Origin: an uncultured Pelagibacteraceae bacterium
GTDB lineage: Bacteria; Pseudomonadota; Alphaproteobacteria; Pelagibacterales; Pelagibacteraceae
Length of the DNA: 64,000 nt
Reading direction: 5' to 3'
Assembly (NCBI GenBank): GCA_902527215.1
Contig: CABZOF010000003.1
Location: 130,649 to 194,648, forward strand
Position 1 is the stretch's first letter; the number at the start of each line of letters is the position of its first letter. The notes beneath the pieces were generated by a model that did no database searches, was not told the origin of the DNA, and worked only from the letters and a program-made list of their open reading frames with translations. This document shows, one piece after another, positions 1-10,752 of this stretch. Made by a program: the position numbers and the translations under genes.

Positions 1-331
1 ATTTTTTAACTGCATTCGCTATTTTAATTGGCTCAAATTGATCTAATTTTTCTGGTTTTCCTGTTTTAACATCACAAAATGCACATGCTCTTGTACATGT
101 GTCACCCATTATCATTAGTGTTGCGTGCCTTTTGCTCCAGCATTCAGTAATATTAGGGCAGTTTGCTTCTTGGCAAACTGTTACAAGATTATCTTTATTA
201 ACGACTGTTTTAGTTAAAAAAAATTCTTTACTATTTAGTAGCTTAGATCTAATCCATTCAGGTTTCTTTTTGATAGGATTAATTGGTTTATTAACTTTTT
301 CAGGGTGTCTTGGTTTATTTTTTATTTCCAT
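1..331 (-). CDS. lipA: Lipoyl synthase (radical SAM), 5' part only; runs off the left edge
   Basis: Not in ORF track. Manual translation from ATG at 331: [16 protein letters not shown]...KPEWIRSK...[15 protein letters not shown] (auxiliary cluster CX4CX5C) and [16 protein letters not shown] (CX3CX2C). Confidence 0.95.
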   Translation of the reverse strand, partial: MEIKNKPRHPEKVNKPINPIKKKPEWIRSKLLNSKEFFLTKTVVNKDNLVTVCQEANCPNITECWSKRHATLMIMGDTCTRACAFCDVKTGKPEKLDQFEPIKIANAVKK

Positions 332-623
332 TATTTTTGATTATATAGGTAGTCTCACCTTCTTTTCCAAATAAAAACTTTTCTCTAATTAATATTTCTA
401 TGAAATCTAGATCAATATTTTCTGTTAAAAGTGAATTTTTGTGCTCTAAATCTTCTATTTTGCTATTTAGAGTAATTTGATCATTTTTTAGTTGCTCATA
501 TGTATCTTTCTTTTCCATGTAAGAAATGAGACCTCTATCACCATCTAATAAATTAAAGAAAAAATAAATAAATAGGAATGTGATGATGAGAATAAAATAG
601 TTCTTTTTAAATTTTACTAACAT
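315..623 (-). CDS. ftsB: Septum formation initiator FtsB/DivIC
   Basis: 102 aa, single N-terminal TM, G-D-R-G motif, coiled coil; canonical position after eno. Confidence 0.85.
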   Translation of the reverse strand: MLVKFKKNYFILIITFLFIYFFFNLLDGDRGLISYMEKKDTYEQLKNDQITLNSKIEDLEHKNSLLTENIDLDFIEILIREKFLFGKEGETTYIIKNNGNKK

Positions 624-1882
624 TAATCAATTTTATTCATTTTAGCCGATCTACCAAGATCTTCTTCAATACGGATTAGTTGGTTGTATTTTGCTATTCT
701 CTCTGATCTAGCTAGAGATCCTGTTTTGATTTGATTTGAATTGGTTCCTACTGCAAAATCAGCAATAAATGTATCTTCGGTATCACCAGATCTATGAGAG
801 ATGATTGTTTTAAAACCAATAAGTTGAGCAAATTTTATTACTTCTAACGTTTCGGTTACAGTTCCTATTTGGTTCAATTTTATTAAAATACTATTTGCGG
901 ATAAGTTTAGAAAGCCTATTTTTAATCTTTCAAGATTAGTTACAAAAAGATCATCACCTATTATTTGTATTTTATTTTTTGTTCCATTTACAAATTTTGA
1001 CCATGCCTTCCAATCATCTTCACCAAATGGGTCCTCAATTGATTTTATTTGATATTTTTTAATAAGTTGTAAATATTTTTTAATTGATTGCTCTACACTA
1101 ATGTAATTTTTAGAATGAATTGAATATTTGCCTTTTTTAATTAATTCATTTGCTGCAATATCTAAACAAATAGATATATCTTTACCATTTTTAAAACCTG
1201 ATTTTTTGATCGCTTGAACTATAAGCTTTAAAGCACTCTCATTATTGCTCATCATTGGTGCAAAACCACCTTCATCACCTACATTAATAGAGTGACCTGC
1301 TTTTTTTAATAATACTTTTAAATTGTTTACTACTAAAAAACACATTCTTACAGCTTCCTTAAATGATTTTGCTTTATCAGGTCTGATCATGAACTCTTGT
1401 ATTCTTAAACCATTATCAGCGTGCGCTCCTCCATTAATAATATTCATCAAAGGAAAAGGTAGTTTAAAATTATTCTTTACAATAAAATTTTTATATAAAG
1501 GTATTTTTTTAACTTTTGCTGATAATTTTTTAACAGCCATGGATACGGCTAATATTGTATTCGCACCTAGCTTTGTTTTTTGTTTTGTACCATCTAATTT
1601 TATGAGAATACTGTCTATTCTCTCTTGGTCATGAATATTTCGATTTTTTAATTTTTTTGAAATTAATTTATTAATAGTTGTGACTGGTATTAAAACACTT
1701 TTACCTAAGTATTTTTTATTACTCTTATCTCTTTTTTCATAAGCCTCAAAAGTTCCTGTTGAAGCGCCTGAAGGACAAATTGCTGACGCACTTAAATTAT
1801 TTGAAAATACTTCAGCCTCAATAGTGGGATTTCCTCTGCTATCATACACTTGTCTGGCAACGACTCTTTTGATTTTGCTCAT
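623..1882 (-). CDS. eno: Enolase
   Basis: DSRGNPT, PSGASTG, GDEGGFAP, GDDLFVTN, SHRSG, QIKTG motifs. Confidence 0.98.
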   Translation of the reverse strand: MSKIKRVVARQVYDSRGNPTIEAEVFSNNLSASAICPSGASTGTFEAYEKRDKSNKKYLGKSVLIPVTTINKLISKKLKNRNIHDQERIDSILIKLDGTKQKTKLGANTILAVSMAVKKLSAKVKKIPLYKNFIVKNNFKLPFPLMNIINGGAHADNGLRIQEFMIRPDKAKSFKEAVRMCFLVVNNLKVLLKKAGHSINVGDEGGFAPMMSNNESALKLIVQAIKKSGFKNGKDISICLDIAANELIKKGKYSIHSKNYISVEQSIKKYLQLIKKYQIKSIEDPFGEDDWKAWSKFVNGTKNKIQIIGDDLFVTNLERLKIGFLNLSANSILIKLNQIGTVTETLEVIKFAQLIGFKTIISHRSGDTEDTFIADFAVGTNSNQIKTGSLARSERIAKYNQLIRIEEDLGRSAKMNKID

Positions 1883-1885
1883 TAA

Positions 1886-2710
1886 TTACTTTTTAACTAA
1901 ATTATCAATTTCTACAATTTGATTAATTAGCTCGTCTAATTTGTCTAGAGGGACCATGTTTGGACCATCTGATGGAGCATTATCAGGATCCTGATGTGTT
2001 TCCAAAAAAATAGCCGCAACGCCTACTGCAACTGCTGCTCTCGACAAATACTCAACAAATTCTCTTTGACCATCACTTTTTTCACCTAGACCACCAGGTT
2101 GTTGAACTGAATGTGTTCCATCAAATACTACTGGATAACCATTTTTTGCCATGATGGGGATAGATCTCATATCTGAGACCAATGTATTATAACCAAAGCT
2201 AGCTCCTCTTTCGGTCACTAAAATATTTTCATTTCCACTATCTGAAATTTTTTTGGTTACATTCACCATATCCCACGGTGCTAGAAATTGACCCTTTTTC
2301 ACATTAATAATTTTATTGGTTTTAGCAGCAGCAATTAATAAATCTGTTTGCCTACAAAGGAATGCTGGTATTTGAAGAACATCTACGTGATTAGAAACTA
2401 CGGAACATTGTTCTTCATTATGTATATCGGTAAGAACGGGTACTCTAATATCTTTTTTGATTTTATCAAATACAGGCAAGGAGTTTTCTAAACCAGCTCC
2501 TCTTTTGCCTTTCAAGCTTGTTCTATTAGCCTTATCAAATGAAGTTTTATAAATAAATCCAATATTATACTTTGTCACTATTTCTTTAATTTTGCCTGCC
2601 ATGTCCAGAGCATGTTGCTCGGTTTCAAGTTGACAAGGTCCAGCTATTAAACAAATTTTATTTTTGTTTGAAATTTCTATACCGTTACAATTAACTATTT
2701 TATTTTCCAT
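1886..2710 (-). CDS. kdsA: KDO-8-phosphate synthase
   Basis: [36 protein letters not shown] motifs; pyrG-kdsA-eno order. Confidence 0.97.
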   Translation of the reverse strand: MENKIVNCNGIEISNKNKICLIAGPCQLETEQHALDMAGKIKEIVTKYNIGFIYKTSFDKANRTSLKGKRGAGLENSLPVFDKIKKDIRVPVLTDIHNEEQCSVVSNHVDVLQIPAFLCRQTDLLIAAAKTNKIINVKKGQFLAPWDMVNVTKKISDSGNENILVTERGASFGYNTLVSDMRSIPIMAKNGYPVVFDGTHSVQQPGGLGEKSDGQREFVEYLSRAAVAVGVAAIFLETHQDPDNAPSDGPNMVPLDKLDELINQIVEIDNLVKK

Positions 2711-4322
2711 TAAAAGATTTTGCAGCTTTAATAAATGACGAGAATAAAGGATGAGGATTTAAAGGTCTAGATTTAAATTCTGGATGAAATTGGACTCCAA
2801 TAAACCATGGATGATTTTTAAGTTCAATAATTTCAGGTAATTGATTGTCAGGAGAAATTCCTGAAAACATCAAACCTTTTTTTTCAAATTTATGCATTAA
2901 ATTTATATTGACTTCATATCTATGTCTGTGTCTCTCCTTAATCATATTAGATTTATAGATATTTTTTATGGCAGAATTATTTCTTAGTTTTGCCTCATAT
3001 AGACCTAACCTCATTGTTCCTCCAAGGTTTTTGTCGGTTCCTTTTATAATTTTTCCATCTTTGTTCCATTCATCAATTAATCCTATTACGGGAAAACAAT
3101 TTTTATCTAGTTCACTAGAGCCAGCTTTTTTAATTTTTAATCTATTTCTTGCAAACTCAATCATTGCCATTTGCATTCCAAAACAAATACCTAGAAATGG
3201 TATTTTTTTTTCTCTGGCATACCTAATTGCCTCAATTTTTCCCTCTGTTCCTCTCTTACCAAATCCTCCGGGTATTAAAATTCCAGACACATTCTTCAAT
3301 CTAGATTTAATTTCTTTTGTTTTAAGCTTATCTGATTCTATTCTTACTAAATTAACTTTAACTTTATTTGAAATACCTCCATGCGTAAGTGCTTCATCAA
3401 GTGATTTATAAGCATCTTTTAAATTTACATATTTACCTATGATAGCAATATTTACTATTCTTTTTGTTTTTAAAACTATATTTGTAATTTTTTTCCAAGG
3501 TAGCAAGTTTGGTCTTTTTCTAGATTTTATTTTAAAGAATTTTAAAACCTGCTTATCTAATTTTTGATTAAAGAAACTTATTGGGGCTTCATAAATAGTT
3601 TTTACATCAACTGTTTCTATAACATTAGCAATGTCTACATTACAAAATAAGGATATTTTTCTTCTTTGATCTAAAGGAATAGACTGTTGAGATCTACAGA
3701 TCACAATATCGGGTTGAATCCCTATGCTTCTCAATTCTTTAACAGAATGTTGTGTTGGCTTTGTTTTAATTTCATCTGAAGATTTTAAAAATGGAACAAA
3801 TGTTAAATGAATAAATAATGATTTTGATCTGCCATTATCATTTGAAAACTGTCTTATAGCTTCTAAAAATGGTAAACTCTCAATATCACCAACTGTTCCT
3901 CCAATTTCACAAATTACAAAATCTTCATTTGTTATATCTTTTTTTATAAACTCTTTAATTCTATCTGTAACATGTGGAATTACTTGAACTGTTTTTCCGA
4001 GATAACCTCCCGTTCTCTCTTTTTTTATTATATCACTATAAATTCTACCTGTAGTAATGTTATCAGATTGTTTGGCTGAAATATTTGTGAATCTTTCATA
4101 ATGTCCTAAATCTAAATCAGTCTCAGCTCCATCGTCAGTTACAAAAACTTCACCATGTTGAAAAGGACTCATTGTTCCTGGATCTACATTTAAATATGGA
4201 TCCATTTTTCTTATTCTAACCTTATAGCCTTGTGATCTAAGCAAATATGCAAGAGATGCCGATGACAAACCTTTTCCTAGTGATGAAACCACGCCGCCAG
4301 TGACAAATATATATCGCGCCAT
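2700..4322 (-). CDS. pyrG: CTP synthase
   Basis: [47 protein letters not shown]. Confidence 0.99.
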   Translation of the reverse strand: MARYIFVTGGVVSSLGKGLSSASLAYLLRSQGYKVRIRKMDPYLNVDPGTMSPFQHGEVFVTDDGAETDLDLGHYERFTNISAKQSDNITTGRIYSDIIKKERTGGYLGKTVQVIPHVTDRIKEFIKKDITNEDFVICEIGGTVGDIESLPFLEAIRQFSNDNGRSKSLFIHLTFVPFLKSSDEIKTKPTQHSVKELRSIGIQPDIVICRSQQSIPLDQRRKISLFCNVDIANVIETVDVKTIYEAPISFFNQKLDKQVLKFFKIKSRKRPNLLPWKKITNIVLKTKRIVNIAIIGKYVNLKDAYKSLDEALTHGGISNKVKVNLVRIESDKLKTKEIKSRLKNVSGILIPGGFGKRGTEGKIEAIRYAREKKIPFLGICFGMQMAMIEFARNRLKIKKAGSSELDKNCFPVIGLIDEWNKDGKIIKGTDKNLGGTMRLGLYEAKLRNNSAIKNIYKSNMIKERHRHRYEVNINLMHKFEKKGLMFSGISPDNQLPEIIELKNHPWFIGVQFHPEFKSRPLNPHPLFSSFIKAAKSFNGK

Positions 4323-4338
4323 GGAATTATGTTATAGC
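4323..4338 (-). promoter_or_regulatory. Putative pyrG -10 element (GCTATAAC) and start region ATAATTCC directly before the ATG
   Basis: Minus strand reads GGCTATAAC-ATAATTCC-ATG; fits the Caulobacter sigma70-type -10 consensus GCTANAWC; no SD present; -35 weak. Confidence 0.55.
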
Positions 4339-4362
4339 CAATGATTTATAAAAATAAAAGTA

Positions 4363-4665
4363 TTAATTATTATTTTCTGGTAATTTAGGAGCATCATCTG
4401 CATTTTCTTCTATTTTATCAATTACAGAAGTGTTTGAAGGAAGATCTCCTCGTGAAATAATAGTCAATCCTAGACTGCAAATTATGAATAATGTTGCAAC
4501 AATAGCTGTTGCTTTAGTCATAAAATTCCCAGCGGACCTTGAAAACATAAAGTTATCTTGCGATACTCCAATACCTAAGGCTCCACCTTCAGATTTTTGG
4601 AGCAAAACCAGCAATACTAGAATTGCGGCCAATATTATATTTATAATTAATAGTATGTTTTCCAC
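4363..4665 (-). CDS. secG: Preprotein translocase subunit SecG
   Basis: LVLLQKSEGGALG motif, two TMs, GTG start, tpiA-secG-pyrG synteny. Confidence 0.95.
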   Translation of the reverse strand: MENILLIINIILAAILVLLVLLQKSEGGALGIGVSQDNFMFSRSAGNFMTKATAIVATLFIICSLGLTIISRGDLPSNTSVIDKIEENADDAPKLPENNN

Positions 4666-4670
4666 GACGC

Positions 4671-5417
4671 CTAATTAATTGATTTTTTCATTATATCAAT
4701 AAATATTTTTTCGTTAGTTGATGCTCCACCAATCAAAAAACCGTCAATATTATCAATTCTCATTAAATTTTTTATATTTTTTGGGTTTACAGAGCCTCCA
4801 TATAAAATCTTAGATTTTGTAAATTTTTTTGAAATTTTTAAGGTGTTTCTTATAAATCGAATATTTTTTTTTAAATCATTTTCAGTAGGAATAATTCCTG
4901 TACCAATCGACCATACAGGTTCATAAGCAATTATAACTCTATTTAAATTCTTTAAATTTTTTAAACCTTCAAGTAACTGTTTTTTCAAAACATATTTTGT
5001 TTTATTTTTTCTTTTATCAATAAATTTTTCGCCTATGCATAAAATGACATTTAATTTTTCATTAAGTGCAGACTTAATCTTTAAATTAATTTTTTTATTA
5101 TCATTTTTCGCTCTTGTTTCTGAATGTCCAATTATAACAAACTTACCCCCTAAATCTTTAATCATCTTTGTGCTTATAGCCCCTGTAAAAGGTCCGTATT
5201 TTGGTTGAGTATGACAATCTTGAGCACCAATTTTAATATTTGATTTTTTTGTTTTATCTACAAAAGATTTGATCAATGTATAAGGTGGACAATAAATAAT
5301 ATTGGCTTTAAGTTTCTTTGTTTTTGAATAACTTATTACTTTATTTAATGAATTAACCGACTTAACTGACCCAAACATCTTCCAATTGGCAATGAAATAC
5401 ATATTATTATTTGTCAT
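4671..5417 (-). CDS. tpiA: Triosephosphate isomerase
   Basis: ANWKM, GHSE, AYEPVWSIGTG, LYGGSV, LIGGAS. Confidence 0.97.
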   Translation of the reverse strand: MTNNNMYFIANWKMFGSVKSVNSLNKVISYSKTKKLKANIIYCPPYTLIKSFVDKTKKSNIKIGAQDCHTQPKYGPFTGAISTKMIKDLGGKFVIIGHSETRAKNDNKKINLKIKSALNEKLNVILCIGEKFIDKRKNKTKYVLKKQLLEGLKNLKNLNRVIIAYEPVWSIGTGIIPTENDLKKNIRFIRNTLKISKKFTKSKILYGGSVNPKNIKNLMRIDNIDGFLIGGASTNEKIFIDIMKKSIN

Positions 5418-5478
5418 AAAGATTAATATAATTTATATGTTTATTTTTTTTTAGATCAATAAATAAAGACTATAGAAT

Positions 5479-6900
5479 ATGATAAGTAAATTAAGAGGTT
5501 TCTCAAATTCAAAATTAGCTGGGGTACTTGTCGGAATTATTATAATTCCATTTGTATTTTGGGGCATGGGTAGTGTTTTTAGCGGAGGTAATACTAACAA
5601 CGTTGCTAAGATTAATAACGAAGCAATCTCATCAAAAGATTTTTTAAATTTTATAAACGAGTCAAGACTTACAAATGATATTATAAAAGCAAACATAGAT
5701 AAAAATATTATTGAGCAGATACTATCAGAATTGGTATCTGAAAAATTAATTGAGATGGAAATTAAAGAATTAAATGTATCAATGTCAGAGGAAGCATTGG
5801 CAAATAAAATAAGATCTAATTCAATACTACTTGATGATAATAAGAAGTTTTCAAGAGTTAAGTATGAAAAATTTCTATTAGAAAATAACTTAAGTGCTTC
5901 AACATTTGAAAATTCATTAATGAAACAAGAGTTAAAAGAAAATTTATTTAATTATATTAGTGGAGGAATTAAGTCGCCTTATTTTTTAAAAAATAAAATA
6001 TATATCAATGAAAATAAAAAAATTGAGATCGAATTTTTAGATTTAGACTTAGTTCATGATAAAACTGCAACCAAATTAGAAGTTGAGGATTTCATTAAAA
6101 ATAATCAAGAAATTTTGAAAATTGATTTTATTGATCTTACTTATGCAAAAATTACTCCTAAAAATCTAATAGAAATAGATGAATTTAATGATGAATTTTT
6201 TAAAAAAATTGATGAAATAGAAAATAATATTTTAAATGGATCAAATATTAGAGAAATTAATGAAATTTATAATTTAAAACTAAATGAAATTGATAATTTT
6301 GTATTGAATGATGATTCAGATGAAATACTTCAGGAAATTTACTCAAAAAGAAACCAGGATAAAATACAACTAATAGATAAAAATGATTATTATCTAATTT
6401 TTGAAATATCAAATATTAACAAAAAAATTCCAAACAAAAATGATCCAAAATTTTTAGAAAACGTTAAAAATAATGTAATTTTAAAAAAGAAATTTGAATT
6501 TAATAAAAGTCTTTTTGAAAAAATTGACGAAAAGATATTTAATGATGATGAGTTTGTGAAATTATCAAAAGATAAAAATAATATTAAGACTACAACTATT
6601 AAAAACAGTAATGATTACAAAATTTTTGACACAGACTCATTAAAGCTTTTATACACATTGCCGAAAGAAAGTTTCTCATTAGTAACTGGTGAAACAAATA
6701 AAGTTTTTCTTACAAAAATTAAGAATATTTATTATTCAGATATGGAAAAAAATAATAATAATGTTGAAGAATATTCTACTAAGGCAGATAATGATATTAT
6801 TAATGATGTTTATACATCTTATGACCTATCTTTAAATTCAAAATACAAGGTAAAAATTTTCAATCAAACAATTGATAGAGTTAAAAATTATTTTAGATAA
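5479..6900 (+). CDS. ppiD: PpiD-like periplasmic chaperone (SurA N-terminal domain; no clear parvulin domain)
   Basis: N-terminal TM 'IIIPFVFWGMG', VAKIN motif, conserved position between tpiA and trpE. Confidence 0.75.
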   Translation: MISKLRGFSNSKLAGVLVGIIIIPFVFWGMGSVFSGGNTNNVAKINNEAISSKDFLNFINESRLTNDIIKANIDKNIIEQILSELVSEKLIEMEIKELNVSMSEEALANKIRSNSILLDDNKKFSRVKYEKFLLENNLSASTFENSLMKQELKENLFNYISGGIKSPYFLKNKIYINENKKIEIEFLDLDLVHDKTATKLEVEDFIKNNQEILKIDFIDLTYAKITPKNLIEIDEFNDEFFKKIDEIENNILNGSNIREINEIYNLKLNEIDNFVLNDDSDEILQEIYSKRNQDKIQLIDKNDYYLIFEISNINKKIPNKNDPKFLENVKNNVILKKKFEFNKSLFEKIDEKIFNDDEFVKLSKDKNNIKTTTIKNSNDYKIFDTDSLKLLYTLPKESFSLVTGETNKVFLTKIKNIYYSDMEKNNNNVEEYSTKADNDIINDVYTSYDLSLNSKYKVKIFNQTIDRVKNYFR

Positions 6901-8357
6901 TGTTGAATATTGATCTAAAGTTATTTAAGAAAAATCACAAAAACAGAAAAAATCAAGTTCTTTACTATGCTATAAAATCAAATGGTCTAAAAGAGATAGA
7001 AAATTTAATTAATAACTTTTTAAATGTTAGAAATAGCTTCATATTCGAGTCTGTAGAAAAAGGTTTCATAAAAGGTAGATATACAATTTTTGGCAAAAAT
7101 CCTGATAAAATTTGGGAATTTAATAATAATAACTGTGTTTTAAACTATGACAATAAAAGAAAGAAATTAAGAGGGACTCCAAAAGATAATATTGAGAAAA
7201 TAATCGAAAATTTTAATTTTAAAATACCAAGTGAATTACCACCAATTAGTTCAATTATATCTGGGTATTTCTCTTATGATACAATTAGATATGTTGAGAA
7301 AATTCCTAATAGTACGAAAAATGATCTTAAAATTCCTGATGTAAGAATTATGAGACCAAAAAATCTTGTAGTTTTTGATAATGCAGAAAAAAAATTATTT
7401 TTTATAGTTAACTGTTTTTTAGATGAAAAAATCAAAAATTATCAAGCTAAGTATGAACAAATACAAAAAGAAATAGAAGAAATGATTTTTTTAGCAAACT
7501 ATAGTTACAAAATAAATCAATCAAAGACCAAGATTTCTAAGCCAAAAGTTAAATCAAATATCTCAAAAAAAAAATTCCTTAGCAATGTTTCAAAAGCTAA
7601 AAATTACATTAAAATAGGAGATATTTTTCAAGTTGTTCTAAGTCAAAGATTTGAAACTGCTCTTAATAAAGAACCAATAGATATTTATAAAAAATTACGA
7701 GTTACTAACCCTTCCCCCTTCATGTATTTTTTTAACTTTGAAGATTTCCAAATTATAGGTGCGAGTCCTGAGATACTTGTGAGGCTTAGAAATAATAAGA
7801 TAACTATTAGACCTATAGCTGGTACAAGACCTAGAGGTAAAAATAAGAAAGAAGATAAATTTTATGAAAAGGATCTTTTAAAAGATAAAAAAGAGCTTTC
7901 TGAACATCTGATGCTTCTTGATCTTGGAAGAAATGATACTGGAAAAGTCTCTAAAATTAACTCCGTTAAGGTTACCGAAAGTTTTAAGATAGAGCGATAT
8001 TCACATGTAATGCATATAGTCTCCAATGTTGAAGGTTTATTTAATAAAAAATTTGGTAAATTTGATACATTGTTAGCTGGTTTTCCTGCTGGAACAGTAT
8101 CAGGTGCACCTAAAATAAGAGCTATGGAAATTATAGATGAATTAGAAACGACAAGAAGAAAAGTTTATGCAGGAGGTATTGGTTATTTTTCTGCAAATGG
8201 TGATTTTGATACTTGCATCGCACTTAGAACAGCAATCTCAAAAAATAAAAAGTTTTATGTGCAGTCTGGTGCAGGAATAGTTGCAGACAGTAAACCAATT
8301 AATGAATTTAATGAAACTGTAAATAAAGCAAAAGCTTTAATTAAGGCTTTGGAATAA
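6900..8357 (+). CDS. trpE: Anthranilate synthase component I
   Basis: GDIFQVVLSQRF, NPSPFMY, PIAGTRPRG, EHLMLLDLGRND, PAGTVSGAPKIRAMEII. Confidence 0.98.
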   Translation: MLNIDLKLFKKNHKNRKNQVLYYAIKSNGLKEIENLINNFLNVRNSFIFESVEKGFIKGRYTIFGKNPDKIWEFNNNNCVLNYDNKRKKLRGTPKDNIEKIIENFNFKIPSELPPISSIISGYFSYDTIRYVEKIPNSTKNDLKIPDVRIMRPKNLVVFDNAEKKLFFIVNCFLDEKIKNYQAKYEQIQKEIEEMIFLANYSYKINQSKTKISKPKVKSNISKKKFLSNVSKAKNYIKIGDIFQVVLSQRFETALNKEPIDIYKKLRVTNPSPFMYFFNFEDFQIIGASPEILVRLRNNKITIRPIAGTRPRGKNKKEDKFYEKDLLKDKKELSEHLMLLDLGRNDTGKVSKINSVKVTESFKIERYSHVMHIVSNVEGLFNKKFGKFDTLLAGFPAGTVSGAPKIRAMEIIDELETTRRKVYAGGIGYFSANGDFDTCIALRTAISKNKKFYVQSGAGIVADSKPINEFNETVNKAKALIKALE

Positions 8358-8362
8358 GGATT

Positions 8363-8926
8363 ATGAAAATAATTTTAATTGATAATTATGATAGTTTTAC
8401 ATTCAATTTATATCACTATCTTTCATCCTTTGCTAAAGTAGATGTTTGTAGAAATGATAAAGTAGATCATCATTATATTTTGAAAAAAAGGTATAATAAA
8501 ATTGTAATATCTCCAGGACCTGGAAATCCTAATCAATCTGGAAATTGTTTAAAGATTGTAAAAAATTTGTATAAACAAACACCAATTCTTGGTGTTTGTT
8601 TAGGTCATCAAATCATTGGTCAAATATTTGGTTCTAGGATAATTCAAGCTAAAGAACTTGTACATGGAAAGACAAGCAATATTATAAATAAAAAAATTGG
8701 TATTCTTAATAATTTACCAAAAAATTTCACAGCTACTCGATATCATAGTTTAGTAATTGACAGAAAATCTTTATCTAAAGATTTAAAAATTACATCTAGT
8801 ACATCCGATGGGACAATTATGGGTGTTATGCATAAGGAATACAAAATCCATGGAGTTCAATTTCACCCTGAAAGTATTAAAACAAAATATGGTTTAAAAA
8901 TTTTAGAGAACTTTGTAAAAGAGTAA
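8363..8926 (+). CDS. trpG: Anthranilate synthase component II (glutamine amidotransferase)
   Basis: IDNYDSFT, ISPGPG, LGVCLGHQ, RYHSL, GVQFHPES. Confidence 0.97.
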   Translation: MKIILIDNYDSFTFNLYHYLSSFAKVDVCRNDKVDHHYILKKRYNKIVISPGPGNPNQSGNCLKIVKNLYKQTPILGVCLGHQIIGQIFGSRIIQAKELVHGKTSNIINKKIGILNNLPKNFTATRYHSLVIDRKSLSKDLKITSSTSDGTIMGVMHKEYKIHGVQFHPESIKTKYGLKILENFVKE

Positions 8927-8928
8927 AA

Positions 8929-9921
8929 ATGGATCAATTTTTAGAAAAACTTAGAAATAAAATAAATTTAAATTTTAATGAAAGTAAAAATGCATTTAAG
9001 ATTTTAATGAATGGTGAGGCAAGTGATCAACAAATTTACGATTTTTTAACTTTATTATCAGATAAAGGTGAGGTTTCAGATGAAATAGCTGGTGGTGTAT
9101 ATATATTAAGAGATAAGTCAAAAAGAGTAAAAACTGAAGATTGCATTGATACTTGTGGTACTGGTGGCGACGGAAAAGATACTCTAAATATTTCAACAGC
9201 ATCAGCGCTGTTGTTAGCAAGTATGAGTGTTAAAGTAGCAAAGCATGGAAATAAAGCAGTTTCGTCAAAATGTGGTTCGGCTGACGTCCTTGAAGCCTTA
9301 AAAATAAATATCAACTTAGAACCAAATCAAATCGAAGAGCAAATAAAAAATAATAATTTTGGCTTTATGTTCGCTCCAAATTACCACACGGCAATGAAAT
9401 ATGTTGGTCCAACAAGAAAAAAAATAGGAAGAAGAACTATTTTTAACATGATAGGTCCATTAAGCAGCCCAGCACTTGTAGAAAGACAGGTAATTGGTGT
9501 TTTTGATAGTAAACTTCTAAAAATTTTTGCTAATGCTCTAAAAGATCTAAATTTAAAATTTGCATGGATTGTAAATAGTGAGGATGGTCTAGATGAAATA
9601 TCACCTTACGCTAAAACTAATGTTGTACAATTGAAAAATAATGAAATCTCTGAATTTATAATTGATCCAAATGAATTAAATGTAAATGCAGATAAATTTG
9701 AAAATTTAGTCGGAGATGATGCTAAATTTAATTCTGATAAAATTTTAAAAATATTTCAAGGTGAAGATAATGATTTTTCAAAAGCTGTATGTTTAAATGC
9801 TGCAGCAGGGTTAATGATATCTGAAAAATACGATGATTTTAAAATTGCTTATAATTATACTAGAGGTTTTATTAAGTCTGGTGCAGCTTTCAAATATATA
9901 AAAAGTTTACAAAATGTCTGA
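8929..9921 (+). CDS. trpD: Anthranilate phosphoribosyltransferase
   Basis: DTCGTGGDG, NIST, VAKHGNKAVSSKCGSADVLEAL, GLDEIS. Confidence 0.98.
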   Translation: MDQFLEKLRNKINLNFNESKNAFKILMNGEASDQQIYDFLTLLSDKGEVSDEIAGGVYILRDKSKRVKTEDCIDTCGTGGDGKDTLNISTASALLLASMSVKVAKHGNKAVSSKCGSADVLEALKININLEPNQIEEQIKNNNFGFMFAPNYHTAMKYVGPTRKKIGRRTIFNMIGPLSSPALVERQVIGVFDSKLLKIFANALKDLNLKFAWIVNSEDGLDEISPYAKTNVVQLKNNEISEFIIDPNELNVNADKFENLVGDDAKFNSDKILKIFQGEDNDFSKAVCLNAAAGLMISEKYDDFKIAYNYTRGFIKSGAAFKYIKSLQNV

Positions 9922-10705
9922 AAATATCCTTCAGAAAATAATTGATCAAAAGAAAACTAAAATTGAAAAATTAAAACTTAAAATTGATACCAACAGCTTA
10001 TTGCATGCAATCAGTGATGAGGACATTTTTTTTGATTTCAAAAAAAAAATACAAACGAAAAACTCAGAAAACAGAATATCTATAATTGCTGAAATTAAAA
10101 AAGCAAGTCCATCTGCAGGTATTTTGATAGATGACTATGACCCGGTGAAAATTGCCAGTATATATAATTCTAAGAATGTCACTTGTTTGTCTGTATTAAC
10201 CGAAGAAGAATTTTTTTTAGGCAATCTATCTCACATTTCTGAAATTAAAAAAAAAATTGAATTACCCATTCTTTGTAAAGATTTTTTTGTTGATAAATTT
10301 CAAGTACCTTTAGCAAAAAGTTACGGTGCTGATGCAGTCTTGATTATATTAGCCGGTATTTCTGAAAAAATTGCTGATGAAATTTACGAGGAAGCTTTAA
10401 AGCATAATATGAGTGTAATTGTTGAAGTTCATACAGTTGAAGAGGCAGAAAAATCAGTAAAATATACGGATGCTTTAATTGGTATAAATAACCGAAACCT
10501 AAAAACTCTTAAAACTGAGATAAATACAACTTATGATATATATAATGTTGTTTCAAATCACTCTTCACCTTTAATTTCTGAGAGTGGTTTCAAAACAAAA
10601 GAGGAATTGCTTGACATAAAAAACAGAACCTCAATAAGCACTTTTTTAATTGGTGAATCACTTTTAAAAGATTTAGATAATAATAATATTTTTTCCCTTT
10701 TATAA
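9914..10705 (+). CDS. trpC: Indole-3-glycerol phosphate synthase
   Basis: IAEIKKASPSAG, LSVLTE, KDF, GINNRNL, SESG. Confidence 0.97.
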   Translation: MSENILQKIIDQKKTKIEKLKLKIDTNSLLHAISDEDIFFDFKKKIQTKNSENRISIIAEIKKASPSAGILIDDYDPVKIASIYNSKNVTCLSVLTEEEFFLGNLSHISEIKKKIELPILCKDFFVDKFQVPLAKSYGADAVLIILAGISEKIADEIYEEALKHNMSVIVEVHTVEEAEKSVKYTDALIGINNRNLKTLKTEINTTYDIYNVVSNHSSPLISESGFKTKEELLDIKNRTSISTFLIGESLLKDLDNNNIFSLL

Positions 10706-10752
10706 AAATTTTCCAACATTTATAGGGCTTTTTAACTATTGTATAAATTAAG

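Noticed and set aside
99-374. Plus-strand 91-aa ORF
   Set aside because: Antisense shadow of lipA, which has clear radical-SAM motifs on the minus strand.
2968-3411. 147-aa antisense ORF within pyrG, and the many similar 60-125 aa antisense ORFs within core genes
   Set aside because: Fully nested opposite conserved genes, no motifs or start signals; expected by-product of codon bias.
623-5417. Small motif deviations in enolase (SGDTED) and TpiA (GHSETR)
   Set aside because: All catalytic residues are present; no frameshift or truncation suggesting a pseudogene.
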